NCBI RefSeq assembly: GCF_009914755.1 | Contig: NC_060937.1 | Source: the human T2T-CHM13v2.0 reference genome, Homo sapiens | DNA: 64,000 nucleotides | Reading direction: 5' to 3' (one strand) | Shown here: positions 40,031 through 53,371 of the stretch, piece after piece | Layout: each line of letters opens with the position of its first letter | Numbering within the stretch: the stretch's first letter is position 1 | Notes under the pieces: model-generated | What the model was told of the DNA's origin: nothing | Database searches by the model: none | Seen by the model: only the letters and a program-made list of their open reading frames with translations | Translations under genes and position numbers: made by a program

Positions 40031-40344
40031 AGAGATACAAAAGCCATTCTTTTACTCGGTCTAAAAAAAAATATATATATATATATGCATAGTTTTCAGG
40101 TTTTATTTTAGTAGCCAGTATCTTTTTAAAACACTTTTAACTCTGTAAATACTAGGAAATAATTATTTATATATGTTTAAAAATGTGCCCCACCCATAAT
40201 ACATATATTGCAACAATATGAAATAAATCAGCTATCTTATTAAACAATCAACATAAGCTTTTTATTTCCTGGCATAATTTTTTAAATAAGAAATCCCTAT
40301 AAATAAGATTATACTGTATAAGTTGTATATATTTAATAGATCTT

Positions 40345-40620
40345 TCAATTATATATTGCTGCATAATAAGCCACTCTAAAACTTCTTGGCTTGAAACAAC
40401 ATGCATTTGTGTTTCTTAACATTTTACACATTGACTGTGCTCTGCTGGGTGGCTCTTCTGGATCCAGGCTTTATTAAAAGATCCAAGACAGGTTCACACA
40501 CAGGTCTGACACCTCAATGTTCTTCTACAGACCTGTCCACATAACTCCTGGCCTCAAGAGATCCTCCCACCTTGACCTATGAAACAGTTAGGATTACAGG
40601 CATAAACTACTGCATTGAGC
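40345..40620 (-). mobile_element. Old MLT fragment followed by a short Alu-monomer (FLAM-like) fragment
   Basis: attgctgcataataagccactctaaaactt...; aactcctggcctcaagagatcctcccaccttg...gattacaggcat. Confidence 0.6.
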
Positions 40621-40704
40621 AATTATTTTCTTCATCGTCCAAAATACAAGTTGACTGTAGGACTAGATTCCACCAAAAAGAAATAATATACTCTAGAAAA
40701 AAGG

Positions 40705-41010
40705 TTCTTTTTAATTTTTTTTATAGATGCATAATTGATGTAAATATTTTCAGGATATATGTGATAATTTAATACATTCATATAATTTGTAAAGATCAAA
40801 TCCCTGTAATTAATATATCCATTATTTTAAACATTTATCTTTTCTTTATGCTAAAAACATTTCAATCATTCTCTTCTAGCTATTTTTAAGTATACAATAG
40901 ATTATTGTAAACTATAGTCACCCTATTGATCTATAAAACACTAGGTCTTATTTCTTCTCTCAAACTGTATATTTGTACCCATTAATCAACCCCTTTTCCT
41001 AACCTCCCTG
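40705..41010 (-). mobile_element. L1MA 3' end fragment
   Basis: tcttctagctatttt...tacaatagattattgtaaactatagtcaccctattg...tgtacccattaatcaacc. Confidence 0.85.
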
Positions 41011-41420
41011 AATTCTAGGGCGTCAGTGAACTTTTGAAATTGTAAGCAAATTTTTGAGAATATACATATCTTTTCTGAGAAGATAGCTCTTTTCTCAGTT
41101 TTTGTCCACAATATATTTGGAGATCCTTCAAAATTTTATGTCTCATTTGTCTAGAATCAGAAAGCTATATTTGAGTCATGATTTAAACAAGTGATTTAGT
41201 CAATCTTAAACAATTTTCTCATTGTTGAATGAGGACAATACTACAGTCTATTCTACCTTAAAAAGAATGCTCTGAATGTAAGTTATTCCTTGTGAAATAA
41301 CTATTAAGATATTAGTTATTTTTAGAAGCCATTATTTTTAAATTATGATTTTTCTCACATGGGATCTGAATTACAGTAACTACTTATTAACCACTTGTCA
41401 TGTGCCAATAAATCTCTTAA

Positions 41421-41740
41421 TTTTTTATTATTATTTAGTTAGTTAGTTAGTTAGTTAGTTATTTTTGAGACGGGGTCTCGCCCAGGCTGGAGTGCAGTGG
41501 AGTGATCTCGGCTCACTGCAAGCTCCGCCTCCCTTGTTCACACCATTCTCCTGCCTCAGCCTCCTGAGTAGCTGGGACTACAGGCGCCCACCACCACGCC
41601 CGGCTAATTTTTTTGTATTTTTAGTTGAGACAGGGTTTCACCATGTTAGCCAGGATGGTCTCAATCTCCTGACCTCATAATCCGCCCGCCTTGGCCTCCC
41701 AAAGTGCTGGGATTGTAGGCCTGAGCCACCGCACCCGGCC
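41421..41740 (-). mobile_element. AluY
   Basis: gcaagctccgcctcc, caccattctcctg and ttagccaggatggtctc diagnostics; (TTAG)n tail; TSD taaatctcttaa. Confidence 0.95.
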
Positions 41741-41899
41741 TAAATCTCTTAAATTTTTTTAAAGCATCGTCTTATTTTTGTCTTCACAGCAAAACTATGA
41801 GCTGGGTTTTATAATGATTTCCACATTACTCATAAGATTATTAAAGGATAAAAATTCACCTGTTAGAATTCTAGTTGTTGCTAGATAGAACCCAAACTG

Positions 41900-42322
41900 G
41901 TAGACTGCATTTTACTTTATAAATATTTGAGACATCTTCCTTCAGAAGAATTACACAACTTCTTCTTGAATTCAGATATGGCAATGTTTGTTTAGCCAAT
42001 GAAGTATAAGAAGTATCTGTCACTTCTGTGCATAAGCTTTCAGAACCAGTTTAAAATTCATCGTGTTGTCTTTTACCTGCTTCTGTGATCATGGTTGATG
42101 ATCATGCTTTGTTTTACGTGCTTCTGTGATCATGATTGTTGTGTTAAGCAGAACTTTCGTCAGCCTGGGTCAGGAATAAAGAATATGTAGAGTAGAGGCC
42201 CTTTGTAAACACAAAAAGATAAGTGAGGCATGAATGAGGAAGAAACTGAATTATCATAATCCAACAAAAATTTGAAATGTGTTTGTTAGTACAGCAAAAT
42301 TTACCCTATCCTAACTGGTACA
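41900..42322 (+). mobile_element. Old MLT1 LTR
   Basis: tttagccaatgaagtataagaag...tcacttctg...gtcagcctgggtc...tgtttgttagtacagcaaaatttaccctatcctaactggtaca. Confidence 0.65.
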
Positions 42323-42417
42323 GTAAGTAAGAGAGCTAATAGAGCCAAGCCAGTCTAGCTCCTGAGCCTGAGTTTGTAGCTACGGTGCTGTACTGCCTTT
42401 CTTGATTTTACAAATGA

Positions 42418-42726
<309 letters not shown>

Positions 42727-43244
42727 GAATGATATTTTTAATGTACATTCTTTAATTAACCTCTCAAATTTTCTGGAAAAACATTTTATCGTTCTTATGA
42801 GGGGACATTTTATCCTGCATGGTGCTAGTTTGCAGACAACAATGTTAGATATAAGCTTGTCAAACTTCCCCAAAAGGCTGTTTTGGTGTTTGAGATAAAC
42901 TCAAACACTGAGTGAAAAAATCTATTTGAGTGAGAAAAATACTTACGCAAAACTAACTGAGAAAAATAAGAAAGATGTTTGTACCACAGGCTATTCATAG
43001 GACCTCTGTTGTTAACATGATGCTACTCCATTAAAAAATAAACACAATGTTTTAGAAAACTTAAGTACGCAATTTTTGTTACTTTTTTGTAAAAGTACTT
43101 ATATCAATTTCTTTCTATTGTTCTACTGCCAACTTACTGAAAATAACTGAGATAGTCAATGAGACCCTTTTTATGAACTAAAGTGACTGAAAATTACTTT
43201 GATGAAGATGAGGATGATGACAATATAATGACAGGGATACGATG

Positions 43245-43445
43245 CAGACAGCAGCTAACACTTCTCAAGGGCTTACTGTGTGCCAGACAATCCAGGTGAA
43301 TTCTCATCTAGAAACTTATAAAGTGGATGAGATTAGAGCCTTCATTATGTACAGGGAAAGCTAGTATAACTAAACAAAGTGTGCTGGTAGCAGACCTCGG
43401 CAAACTGAATTCAAAGATCATATTTTAATTACTCTACTATATTTA
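43245..43445 (-). mobile_element. MIR fragment
   Basis: gcagctaacacttctcaagggcttactgtgtgccagaca. Confidence 0.5.
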
Positions 43446-44904
43446 CCCTTGAAACAGACAAAATCTGGGTTCTTCCTCAGGTAAAAACTTTCAGGGTATT
43501 GGATCATATATTAAAGTTCTTCATCAAAGACACATTTCTATTATTTCTGATGAGAACAGGAAATTATAATTAATTAACAATGGGCAATGGTAAATGTTCC
43601 TTCAGTTAAGGAAGAATGAAAAGGCTAGGGTCAACAATCTTCACACCAGCAGCTGGCTCCTTTCACATTTGGAGCAAAGATTGTAGTTTTTAATTTGTAT
43701 GCCATTAGTTTATTTCTGTTCTAAACTGAGAATACTATAGTAGTAATCTTCAAATATAATATATAATATAGAACAAAATCTTTCCAAAATAAATTAATTT
43801 GGGCTTCTACTGTGTCAGAAATCAGCCTTATCTAAAATAGGGGTTGAGTAGGTCAATATGTTGCTTTGAATTATGAATTGAGTGGGGAAAAGTAAAGACT
43901 GGAGATAGAAGATAAACGTTTCTATAATATTCTACATCTTTGATTTATTTTCTTTGCTAGGTTTAGTTTTATAAGTCTGAGTTTATGGCCACTCAAGCAT
44001 TTGTTAAATTATGTGAAGAAAGAATTAAAACAATTCCAAACTATAGTTAACAGACATTTTGATGTTTATTATTATGAATAGCATTTTGTGCAAAATATGC
44101 ATTACTTTTAGAAACTAGTATCAACTAAAATAGTATTTGTTCAATGGCTTTCTTTTCCTTTAGGAATTATTTGTGAAAACAGAATATAAAGTAAGACCAA
44201 ATTGGTATATGCCTTTTTTTTTCTTTTTTTCTTTCCCCCGGTGTTCCAGGGTTGTGCTCTTTTTTTTTTTTTTTAAAGGTACTAATAAAAAAAAGGCTAC
44301 ACAAATGAATTTGAAAGGCTTTAATTTCGGTAAATGAGGAAAATGCAAATATAGTAATTGTCATAGCCGAGGAGTGGCTTAGCTTTGCTGTCTGATGCCT
44401 TTTACATCTTTCTAGTTGCCATGGCTTCCTGCCTATCATGTTCATGAGAAGCATTCAAAGCAGAAATACTGTAGGAGGATTGCTTGTCTGAACACACATG
44501 TTATTTAAGGCCTTTATTTCTGGCTCACTTACAGTATTCACTGAAACATAGAGTGAATGGTCAAACAAGCTCTACTTATCTTTATTCTTGCTTGATCAAT
44601 GTCAGGATGCTTTAACCTGGCATGTTTATTTTACAGAGTGGTTTTTCTTTCGGTGTTCCTCGAGTGTTATCAAATCAGTGCCTCCTCGTGGTCAATAAAA
44701 GTAATAACATGATTTCTTGCATTGTCACAGTAAAGCGCACTTGGTGAGCCTTCTCACCAAAAGAGAAGTAATTTAGATCAACATGGCTAATCTAGGACTC
44801 ACAATACTTTACTCAGTCAATAGTTTCTTGAGTACATGAGTCACTCTCCTGTTTCCACTGCAATTACAGTGTCTACATTTATCTTAAACAGAAAAGGATC
44901 TATA

Positions 44905-44995
44905 AATGTGTTCTCCAATATAGTAGCCACAATTCACATGTGAATTATTAAATTAAAATTAAAGCTTCAATAGCCAGAAAGTTCTATTGCACTGT
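44905..44995. mobile_element. MER3/MER33-like hAT-Charlie fragment
   Basis: tccaatatagtagccacaattcacatgtgaattattaaattaaaattaa. Confidence 0.5.
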
Positions 44996-45485
44996 GCTGG
45001 TTTCTGGGGCAAAGATAAAATATGTATGATATATATTAATGCAAGAATTTATTAAGATTTTAAATTAAACACTTTACATTATCCGGAGTGTGATCTATAA
45101 TTTCTATTTATAAAACATTACTCTGTTTTACAATATTTCCTCTTTGCTTTTGGACATATTTTCAAATTTTCAAGTCCCGTATTCTACTTTGAAAATATGA
45201 TCGCTTGACAATAAGTAAATTTGTTTTCTTTAGTTTTTCTATAGGGGGCATATAATATTTTGAACTGGAAATAGCAAGCAGGAAGAACCATTTTTTATTA
45301 TTGTGACCATTATAAGTCATTATAGTTAAAATAATTTTTGTTGTTAGTCACCTGTCATTATTATCTAAGGACATTTCCAGAATACAGATTACATCAGAGA
45401 TATCAATATTACATAAATTTATATCCCTTAATATCACACTATTACTTTGAAATTAATCACACACACACACCCATACACACACATA

Positions 45486-45810
45486 CAATAGTTCTCCCAA
45501 TCCACAATTTGGCTTCCACAGTTTGTCACCCGTGATAAACCACTGTCTTAAAATAGGTTAGTACGTTACAATAAGATATTTTGAGAGAGAGAAAACACAT
45601 TTGCATAATTTTTATTGTAGTATATTGTTACAGCTTTTCTATTTTATTATTAGTTATTATTACTCTCTTACTATCCCTAATTTATAAACTTTACAACAGG
45701 TAAGTATGTTTTAAAAAAACATAATATATATAGGATTCAATACTATCCATTGTTTCAGGCATTTGCTGAAGGTCTTGGAACATATCCCCCATGGATAAAA
45801 GGAACTACTG
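45486..45810 (+). mobile_element. MER44A (Tigger7-derived MITE), full length
   Basis: TIRs caatagttctcccaatcc / ggataaaaggaactactg, flanked by TA on both sides; internal acaataagatattttgagagagag. Confidence 0.88.
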
Positions 45811-46409
45811 TATATATAATATATGTTATATATAGGTGTGCATGTGTATGTGTGTATAATATACATTATAAATACATTTCTTCCTTTAGATTGAATAATG
45901 ATTTGACTATCATAAAAATTTTCCTTCATATTTAAAAATACTATTTCCTTTAATAGTTTGCAATTAAAGTTAAATTTAAGTATTTGTCAATATTTTGTGT
46001 TATATGTAATCCATGAATATATACTCATTCAGACATGTAATCTAAGACAATTCTTATCATTTATTATTTCGTGAATGAGAAAGTAACAAAAGCAGAAATA
46101 CAGTGACTTGTAGTTAGTTGTAGTTGCTCAATGGTTACTTTTAAAGATAGAATTCCATTAGGTCTTACTGCCTATACCAATCTTTCACTTTTTTAATACA
46201 TAAAGCCACTGTCTTTATTTCAAAGTCTAATCTTGAGAGAATACACTACTGGGCAATTATCTTCCAGTCATGACTGTAGAATCAGTCCATTTTAATACAA
46301 TTATTTTCCCATCCTTACACATTAATTCCTAATATGAACTACAGCTTTACCAGCACAAGAGTTTTAAGCAGACATTTCTGTCTGCTTAAGAGCAGTTTTT
46401 ATGAGACTC

Positions 46410-46825
46410 AAATCCCTTTTCAGGAGTGAAAGTTTATTCCTCCTCTAGGAGAGTTCTGCCTTTAGAGACCACTCAACATCCAGTCTTCTTTGGGAATTAC
46501 CTCGGTTGAAGATCCTTGCTTGCTCCAGGCTATGCCCCTTTCCAGGTCACCCCATATCCAATGGCTAAGTAATACCAGGATATAATGGGCAGATCCCCTC
46601 TCCTAAATTTAGGAAGTTCTAAAAGTCTACCCTAACTTCAAAGATCCCTGGGGAGTGAAGTAAGGCCTTCTTGAGCATGAATTTTAGCCCAAATTTATTT
46701 TCTGGACAGTCTTGCTTTTCCCCCTTCTCCTCCATAGGTGGTGATCTCACAAGTATGTCCTAATATACTTATTATGTGCTGATCTCTGTGCCAGAGTTTC
46801 CTTCTTGAGGTACCTAACCAATGAA
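46410..46825 (+). mobile_element. LTR16-type ERVL LTR (degraded)
   Basis: ctatgccccttt...ccccatatccaatggct...ccataggtggtgatctcac...ctctgtgccagagtttccttc. Confidence 0.65.
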
Positions 46826-46849
46826 AATGAATACATCTATCCACCTTTC

Positions 46850-47048
46850 CTTCCCATTTGAAATTTATACGTGTACTATCTCTTGGGAAGTTAGGTAAGT
46901 TACTTACCTTCCCAAAGCCACAGTTTCCTCATTCTTAACATAGGATTCATTAGTCCTACTTCTGAAGGTAATTAGAGGATTAACTGGGAAGATGCATGTA
47001 AAATAGATAACTCAATTCCTGGCAAATGGAAAACAATTAGTAAATACC
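46850..47048 (+). mobile_element. MIR
   Basis: aagttacttaccttccc...cagtttcctcattc...gaggattaactgggaagatgcatgtaaa. Confidence 0.75.
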
Positions 47049-49134
47049 TTCGGGAAAATCAGACAAATTTTGACTCATCCTCTCACGGAGAGAAGATAAT
47101 ATTTATGACTGAATTTTGCATAAGCTAAATAATTGCATACTTAAATTGGCAGCTACCAGGTAAACTTTCTGTTTTAGTTAGGTTATTCAAATCTCATTGT
47201 AGACATATTAGGATCCTCATTTACTCATTGTTGTGAATATACTTCAAAAACCATAGTACTACATCTTGAAGCTGACATTTCCCCCGATTAATTGACAATG
47301 AAAGAATCCTCAAGAAAAAAAAATGCTTAACAATCTGTAATTTACATTTCTCAGTGGAAACCAGCATTATGTTTATATTATAGCACAGATAACATTATTA
47401 GCAGAATAATCGAGCCAAATGAATCATGACTGAAAATCTGATTACCAGACAGCACCATGCTGATATCATAGACCTCATACACTTTCTTCTTTCATCTTGT
47501 TGCAATATCAGATTTCTTCTGCTGTTTAGTAGGTATGCTTTGGTGTCTGTTGTTTATAACTATTCCTTTGATATTATAATACATTTCTTCAGAATGATGA
47601 GCCTTAAATTAATTTACCCTTTCAAAAGAGAATCTATGAACAAGGACAAATCTTTCTAATAAATTTATTTACAACTAACTAATGTGCAATTTGCTACTTG
47701 TCAAAACATTGGAAATTATGTTGTTGTTTCATGTAAAATATAATTAGCCAATACTTTTGGTAGGATGTGCAAACAGAGGAGGTATTACCAAACTGGGACT
47801 CCATAATCTATATTTATTTTCTCTTTGATTTTGAAAAGAATTAAAGAAGGCTTATCTTCTATTCAAATAAAATAAACTAAAATTATTTAGCACATTATCT
47901 TCTTGTCTGCCTATATCATTTCTGATTTCATGACAAGCAGTGCAAAAAAAATCTGTTATAAAAAAGTCATTTGGAATCTACTTACTAATGAATCATGATA
48001 TTTTATTCTGTAGACATAGTTTGATCAAAACACTAGTATTTTTTAAAGTAGTTTATTTTATTAAATTTCATAAAATAAAAAATAAAGGTAAATATACTCT
48101 CAAATTATAGGGTGGAAATCTTTTCATGTATGTGCAATACTTAATTTTATCTATAGCCTAGAGTGCTTAGTTTCTTTCCTTTTTAATCATTTAGTGCTCT
48201 CTTACTCATAGACTTCCTTTGATATGCAGCCAGAAGCATGAACTGTATCAGAAATAGAATTCCAGATTACATTACAACCACCAAAAGATGATCAAAATCT
48301 GAATTACCACCATCAATTAGCATTTTTTCAGTATCCACAGAGATCTACAGCCCAGATTTTCTACTTAGATATAAGATCTACCCAGTCCTTATTTCTGAGT
48401 CCTAACAGAGATCTTAAAACATATAAAGTACAAAACTTTACAATAAAAAAATCATTTTAACATAGAGTGAACGAGAAGTTTGTTCTGTGATGCAGGGTGA
48501 AAGGGGAACTTTGCCATTATTTAGGACGAGTTTTATTCTGATATATACTTACCATTCTTTATCAAGCTGAAATGAAAGCAATTTCTGTGCTCCCTAGGAT
48601 GGAGTAGTTTCCCTTACCTACCTTTGAGTTCCTCGGGGTTTCTCCTTCTCTTCAATAATTTTCTGCACACATCCCAGCAGTTTCTTTTTCTTGGCCCTTC
48701 TTTCCATCAGTATTCTTACCTCCTATCCGCTAAGTGAAGCCTTAAATAAGAACTATCTTCTAGGCAATTAGTTCTGCACTCAAAACGGTAAAATTCCTCT
48801 AGTCTTACTTTTCTGTGCCCTCTTACCCAGACGAGGGCAAATTTGCATCATCCTATCATCCTGAACTGAGATGAGCAGAAGTGTGATACTGAGTTGACAG
48901 AATTCACTTACCTGTGACTAAAAATGTTTAGCCACTTTGTGAGGGTCCCATTACTAACCCAAGCAGATAGTGTGAGTAGAAATCAAAAAATAGGAAAACA
49001 AACCAAACCATCAATTCGTTTTGGATTTTATCAAGTTACTTAACCTTTTGGACTTTCATTTCTTTATCTATAAAATAGTGCTCAAGATGCCACACAGACT
49101 CCATGAAAATAAAATAATACACTGTATGCAAATT

Positions 49135-49261
49135 AGGGTGGTAGAATAGTGTAGTGGGAACCCAGGTCTAAAAGTCAATCATATTGTATTTGAACTTGCT
49201 AGTTTCAAATTGTGTGCTGCTTTATGACCTTAGGTAAGTCACCCATTAAGTCTCTTTTCTT

Positions 49262-49313
<52 letters not shown>

Positions 49314-49895
49314 AAGAATGGAGCTTTATTATTACTCAAATCAGCCTTCCTTAGTACTCAGGGACCAGGGTTTTTAAGGACACCTTGGTGTGTTGGGGGA
49401 GACCAGTTAGATAGGAGTAGGAATTGATGAGGTGATGAGCAGAGATGAAATTTTAGGGAGTAAATCTGTCTTTTTGCAATAAATCATTTCCTGGCTGGGC
49501 GTCACAGGATCAGATGAGCCAGTTTATCAATCTGGGTGATGCCAGCAGATCCCTCAAGTGCAGGGTGTGCAAAATATCTCAAGCACTGATTTTAGGCTTT
49601 ACAATAGTGATGTTATCCCCAGGAGCAATTTGGGATGGGTCAGAACCTTGTAGCCTCCAGTTGCATGACTCCTAGACCATAATTTCTAATCCTTTCGTTA
49701 ATTTGTTAGCCCCACAAAGGCAGTCTAGTCTCCAGGCAAAAAGGGAATTTATTTAGTTTAAACCTCTGCAGGCGGATATAACACCAGTACCTAACCTATG
49801 GAATAGGGATAATTAAGTAAGATAATAGTGGTAAATTGTTCACTGGTAGCACCATGCCTGGGACACTATGACTACTCAGTTAATGTCACTTCTTG
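49135..49895 (+). mobile_element. MIR split by the LTR8 retrocopy
   Basis: Left part tatgaccttaggtaagtcac...gtctc; right part agttt...gtacctaacctatgg...attaagtaagataat...atgcctgggacac. Confidence 0.65.
49255..49754 (-). mobile_element. LTR8 U3-R fragment ending in (CA)14 plus poly(A); probable L1-mediated retrocopy
   Basis: LTR8-like body (gatcagatgagccagtttatc...aaaatatctcaagcactgat); AATAAA at 49325-49330 on the minus strand, then 14 nt, (CA)n and a 24-A run; no U5 or terminal sequence. Confidence 0.8.
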
Positions 49896-51064
49896 TTAAC
49901 AGATCCAAAATTCAGCTACCAAAAACAGTCAGAAAGATTATATTTTATAACTAGACAATTTTTAATTATACTGAGAAGTGTGAGAGAAGCCAGAAAGAAA
50001 CAGACATGATTCTGTCATTCATTTATCTAGTATCACCATTGTTTATGTCCTGGACATACATTAGTGAATCAAGTAGATTAGTTGCTATTATTATAGGGAT
50101 TTCATTCTTATTATTGTTTTGGAGGCTTGGAAGGTACAGGAGAGATGATTCAAAAAAAAATTTGAGAGTGATCTTTGCCTGAGCAATTGGATGAAGAAAA
50201 CAAAGTGATCTCATCAGAAAATATTCTTCAGGCAACAGTAAAAGAAGGGGATGCACAGAGAAGCCCATGCATTGACACACATATAATTTTAAAATGTATG
50301 CAACAGCCCATCTTATATTTTCTGGGGTTTTTTCTATGTATTTAAAATATTCTTTAGTTAAAAATAATTCAGTAGTTGAACTTCAGGGAAGATCCAAGTT
50401 GACATCATAATACAGCTCTTCTCAGGTGGAACTCTGGAAAAAATGCATGGCAAGTGATAGAACAATCATTGAAGCTGTACCCAATGCAGTCAGATACTGA
50501 TCTTTTATGACTGGGGGAAAGATAGAAAGCAAGGACTTAGGAAAGTAAAGAGCAAGAATGTCAGAAAGGAAGAATTTGGAGTCACCATAAAAGGAAGTTT
50601 ACAGGATAGGAATTCATCAGCAACTGTGATGATCAGGTTAATTTAGCAGTTATAAAGGCCCTGTTGGGAAGATAGAACACTGGATAAAAACAGAGGACTC
50701 CGCTTCCTTGGCTCCTTGGCTCTGAACAAGCATTTGGTAAGGCAAGTATTTCTGAGAAAGAAAAACAAATCTCTACTTGATGATCAAAATATGAAAAAAC
50801 TGTCTCCCCTGCTTTTTTTGGAAGATATATTCCTATAAAAGTAAATGTTATATAGAACGAAGGCTATGCAGCCAGTGGTGGTGGTGTAGAATGGCTTGAC
50901 TCATGCAATGTATGGGGAAAAATGCCAATTGGACTCCTGCGGGTTGATAAGACTGAAGCTACTCAAGAGACAGAAAACTCTCATATCCACCTGGAATTCT
51001 TTCTATTGTTAAAATTTATTGTCATGGAAGAAAAAAATCAAGAGTATTACAAAACAGAAAAGGG

Positions 51065-51065
<1 letters not shown>

Positions 51066-51118
<53 letters not shown>
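51066..51118. repeat. (TC)n(AC)n compound microsatellite
   Basis: Direct observation. Confidence 0.92.
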
Positions 51119-51119
<1 letters not shown>

Positions 51120-51121
51120 AG

Positions 51122-51528
51122 TGATATGGTTTTGATTTTTGTCCCCTCCAAATCTCATATTGAGATATAAACCCCAGTGTTGGCTGTGGGGTAGGAGGTG
51201 TTGGTGTCATCGGGGACAGATCTTTCATGAGTAGTTTGGTGCTGTCCTCATGATAAGGAGTGACTGCTCGTTCTGAGTTCATGCAAGATCTGGTTGTTCA
51301 GAAGTGTATGGAACCTCCCCACCCCCTTGCTTCTTCTGTCACCATGTGATACACAGGCTCCTCCTTTGCTTCCACCATGATTTGGAAGCTTCCTGAGGCC
51401 CTCACCAGAAGCAGATGCCAGCAATATGCTTCGAGTACAGCCTTCAGAACCATGAGACAAGCCTCTTTTCTTATAAATTACCCAGTCTCAGGTATTTATT
51501 TATAGCAAGGCATGAACTGCTTAATACA
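51122..51528 (+). mobile_element. MSTA/MSTB MaLR solo LTR
   Basis: tgatatggttttgatttttgtcccctccaaatctcat...gcttcctgaggccctcaccagaagcagatgcc...ataaattacccagtctcaggtat...taataca. Confidence 0.92.
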
Positions 51529-53059
51529 CATACACACACTACATTCAGCAATAACAACAGAATAGCATGACTGCAGTAGCATCTTGCCTCTGAGCCAAAG
51601 TCTTATATGGCGAGGTATGAAAAAGCTACTAATTAGGGCATTAATAACAAATAGAATTGGAAGTTCTTAAACCTTTTGGGGTTGGTGACAAGTTTGCTGA
51701 AACAATTGATTTTGCTTGATGGTACATTAACCCTGTTTTTGAGAAAATGTGTTTATTCCACATTGGTTTTAGAAAATATGACTGCAGATTTTGCCAAAAC
51801 TTAGCTAAGCCCTAAAAAACAATTGACTTAATTCTGATTAATAAAACAGAAGCACATTGAACAGCACTGCCCATTTCATGGCCTATCTCTTCAAGGCAAG
51901 GGAGACCACAGCATGTTCACATATTCATAAAGAGAGAAAGAGAAAAGCCATCCTTGATGGTGGGCTTCAGGTAACAATAAGTTTTAGTCCTTAATTTGAT
52001 CTGTATGTTGATAAGCTTGTGATAAATCCAGAGTCTCTGAAGGAATTTGAAGGTCTATGTCTGAGCCTCCACGAACCTGAAACAGGCAAGACAATCGTTT
52101 TTTCTGCCCATTGCTCCACATGCACAGTTCACTAACATACCTTTAAATGGTAATAAAGAAGCATGAGGAAGATATCACTAAAGTCACAACCAAATGAGTG
52201 GTAGATTGGCACCAAAGTTCCAAGTGTTAGAGTTTTGATTTCACAGATTTGCTGGTGCCAGGGGAACAAAAATGGAAGATAAGGGAAAAGCTACACACTA
52301 GGAGCAAAGTGTTCTCTCTTCTTCAATGGGAAGTGAGCTGAGCAGCATGGGACACTTAGAAAACATTTTAGTAAACAATCCAGGAGTCCCACAGGCCTGT
52401 GATCAATTATTTAAGAAACAACATTAAGGAGCTATTAATTAATAGCATTGTATCCTCTTCTTAGAGTTTGTATGCATTGCCGATTGCAGCAGTATTAAAA
52501 AAATCTGGAAAATTAGAATACATGTCAATTAAAGAATAGTAAACTAAGATATAGCAAATTACTCTTCTCTAAATTCAGAAGGCTTTCAGTTTTCTAGTAG
52601 AAAGCCAGAGTTAGATCTTTAAAACCATTACTAGTAGGCACCTCATTATAAAAAAGCATAAGAAGTAACAAGCCTTTCCTTATCCAGTAGGGTCATAATA
52701 GCTGAGAAAATGCTTTTGATCATCTGGTAGATGTCATTTTCTTACAGTTGAAATATGAATTATTTGGAAGCACTGCTGAATATGGACAATGTTGTGTTTG
52801 CAAGGACTGTGGAGAAATGTCTTGAAATGACGTTTGACAAAACATAATAAATGACTATGTAAGGTAATTATGAATCTTAAGGGGACAGAGTTGAAACTCT
52901 CATTGGACAAGTGAAAATGTTTTCTCAGTTAAGCATATAGAAGATATCATCTCTATACAGGGATGAGCAGCAGGCCTAAAAAGATATTAGTATCTGCCTA
53001 CTAATCCCATCTCATCAAACTTAAGGGTGTTAGATTTACTGCCGTGAAGAAAAACCAAG

Positions 53060-53255
53060 GGAATAGATCGTAACAGAGAGAGCTATGGAAATTAGCATGG
53101 TCAGAAAAAGTCTCATTGAGAAGATGACAGTTGAGTGAACACCTGAAAGCAAGTGATGGAGTGTGCCATTCTGATTTTGGGAGGAAGAGCATGCTGGACC
53201 CAGAGAAAGTAAGCACAATGTAGGAAGATACTCAAGGCAAGGAGTTCAAAGTGGC
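53060..53255 (+). mobile_element. L2 fragment
   Basis: tggtcagaaaaagtctcattgagaagatgacagttgagtgaacacctgaa...gggaggaagagcat. Confidence 0.6.
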
Positions 53256-53371
53256 TTTATCAAATATTACACTTGTATAACAAAACATTTATTACTATGG
53301 CTCAAATGTATTCATTCAGCAATAAATCAGCAAAGGACTAACCAGCAGTTGCCATGAATGATGCCACTGAC

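Noticed and set aside
50640-52420. Possible CR1/L3 remnants around the MST LTR
   Set aside because: Similarity too faint to support by eye
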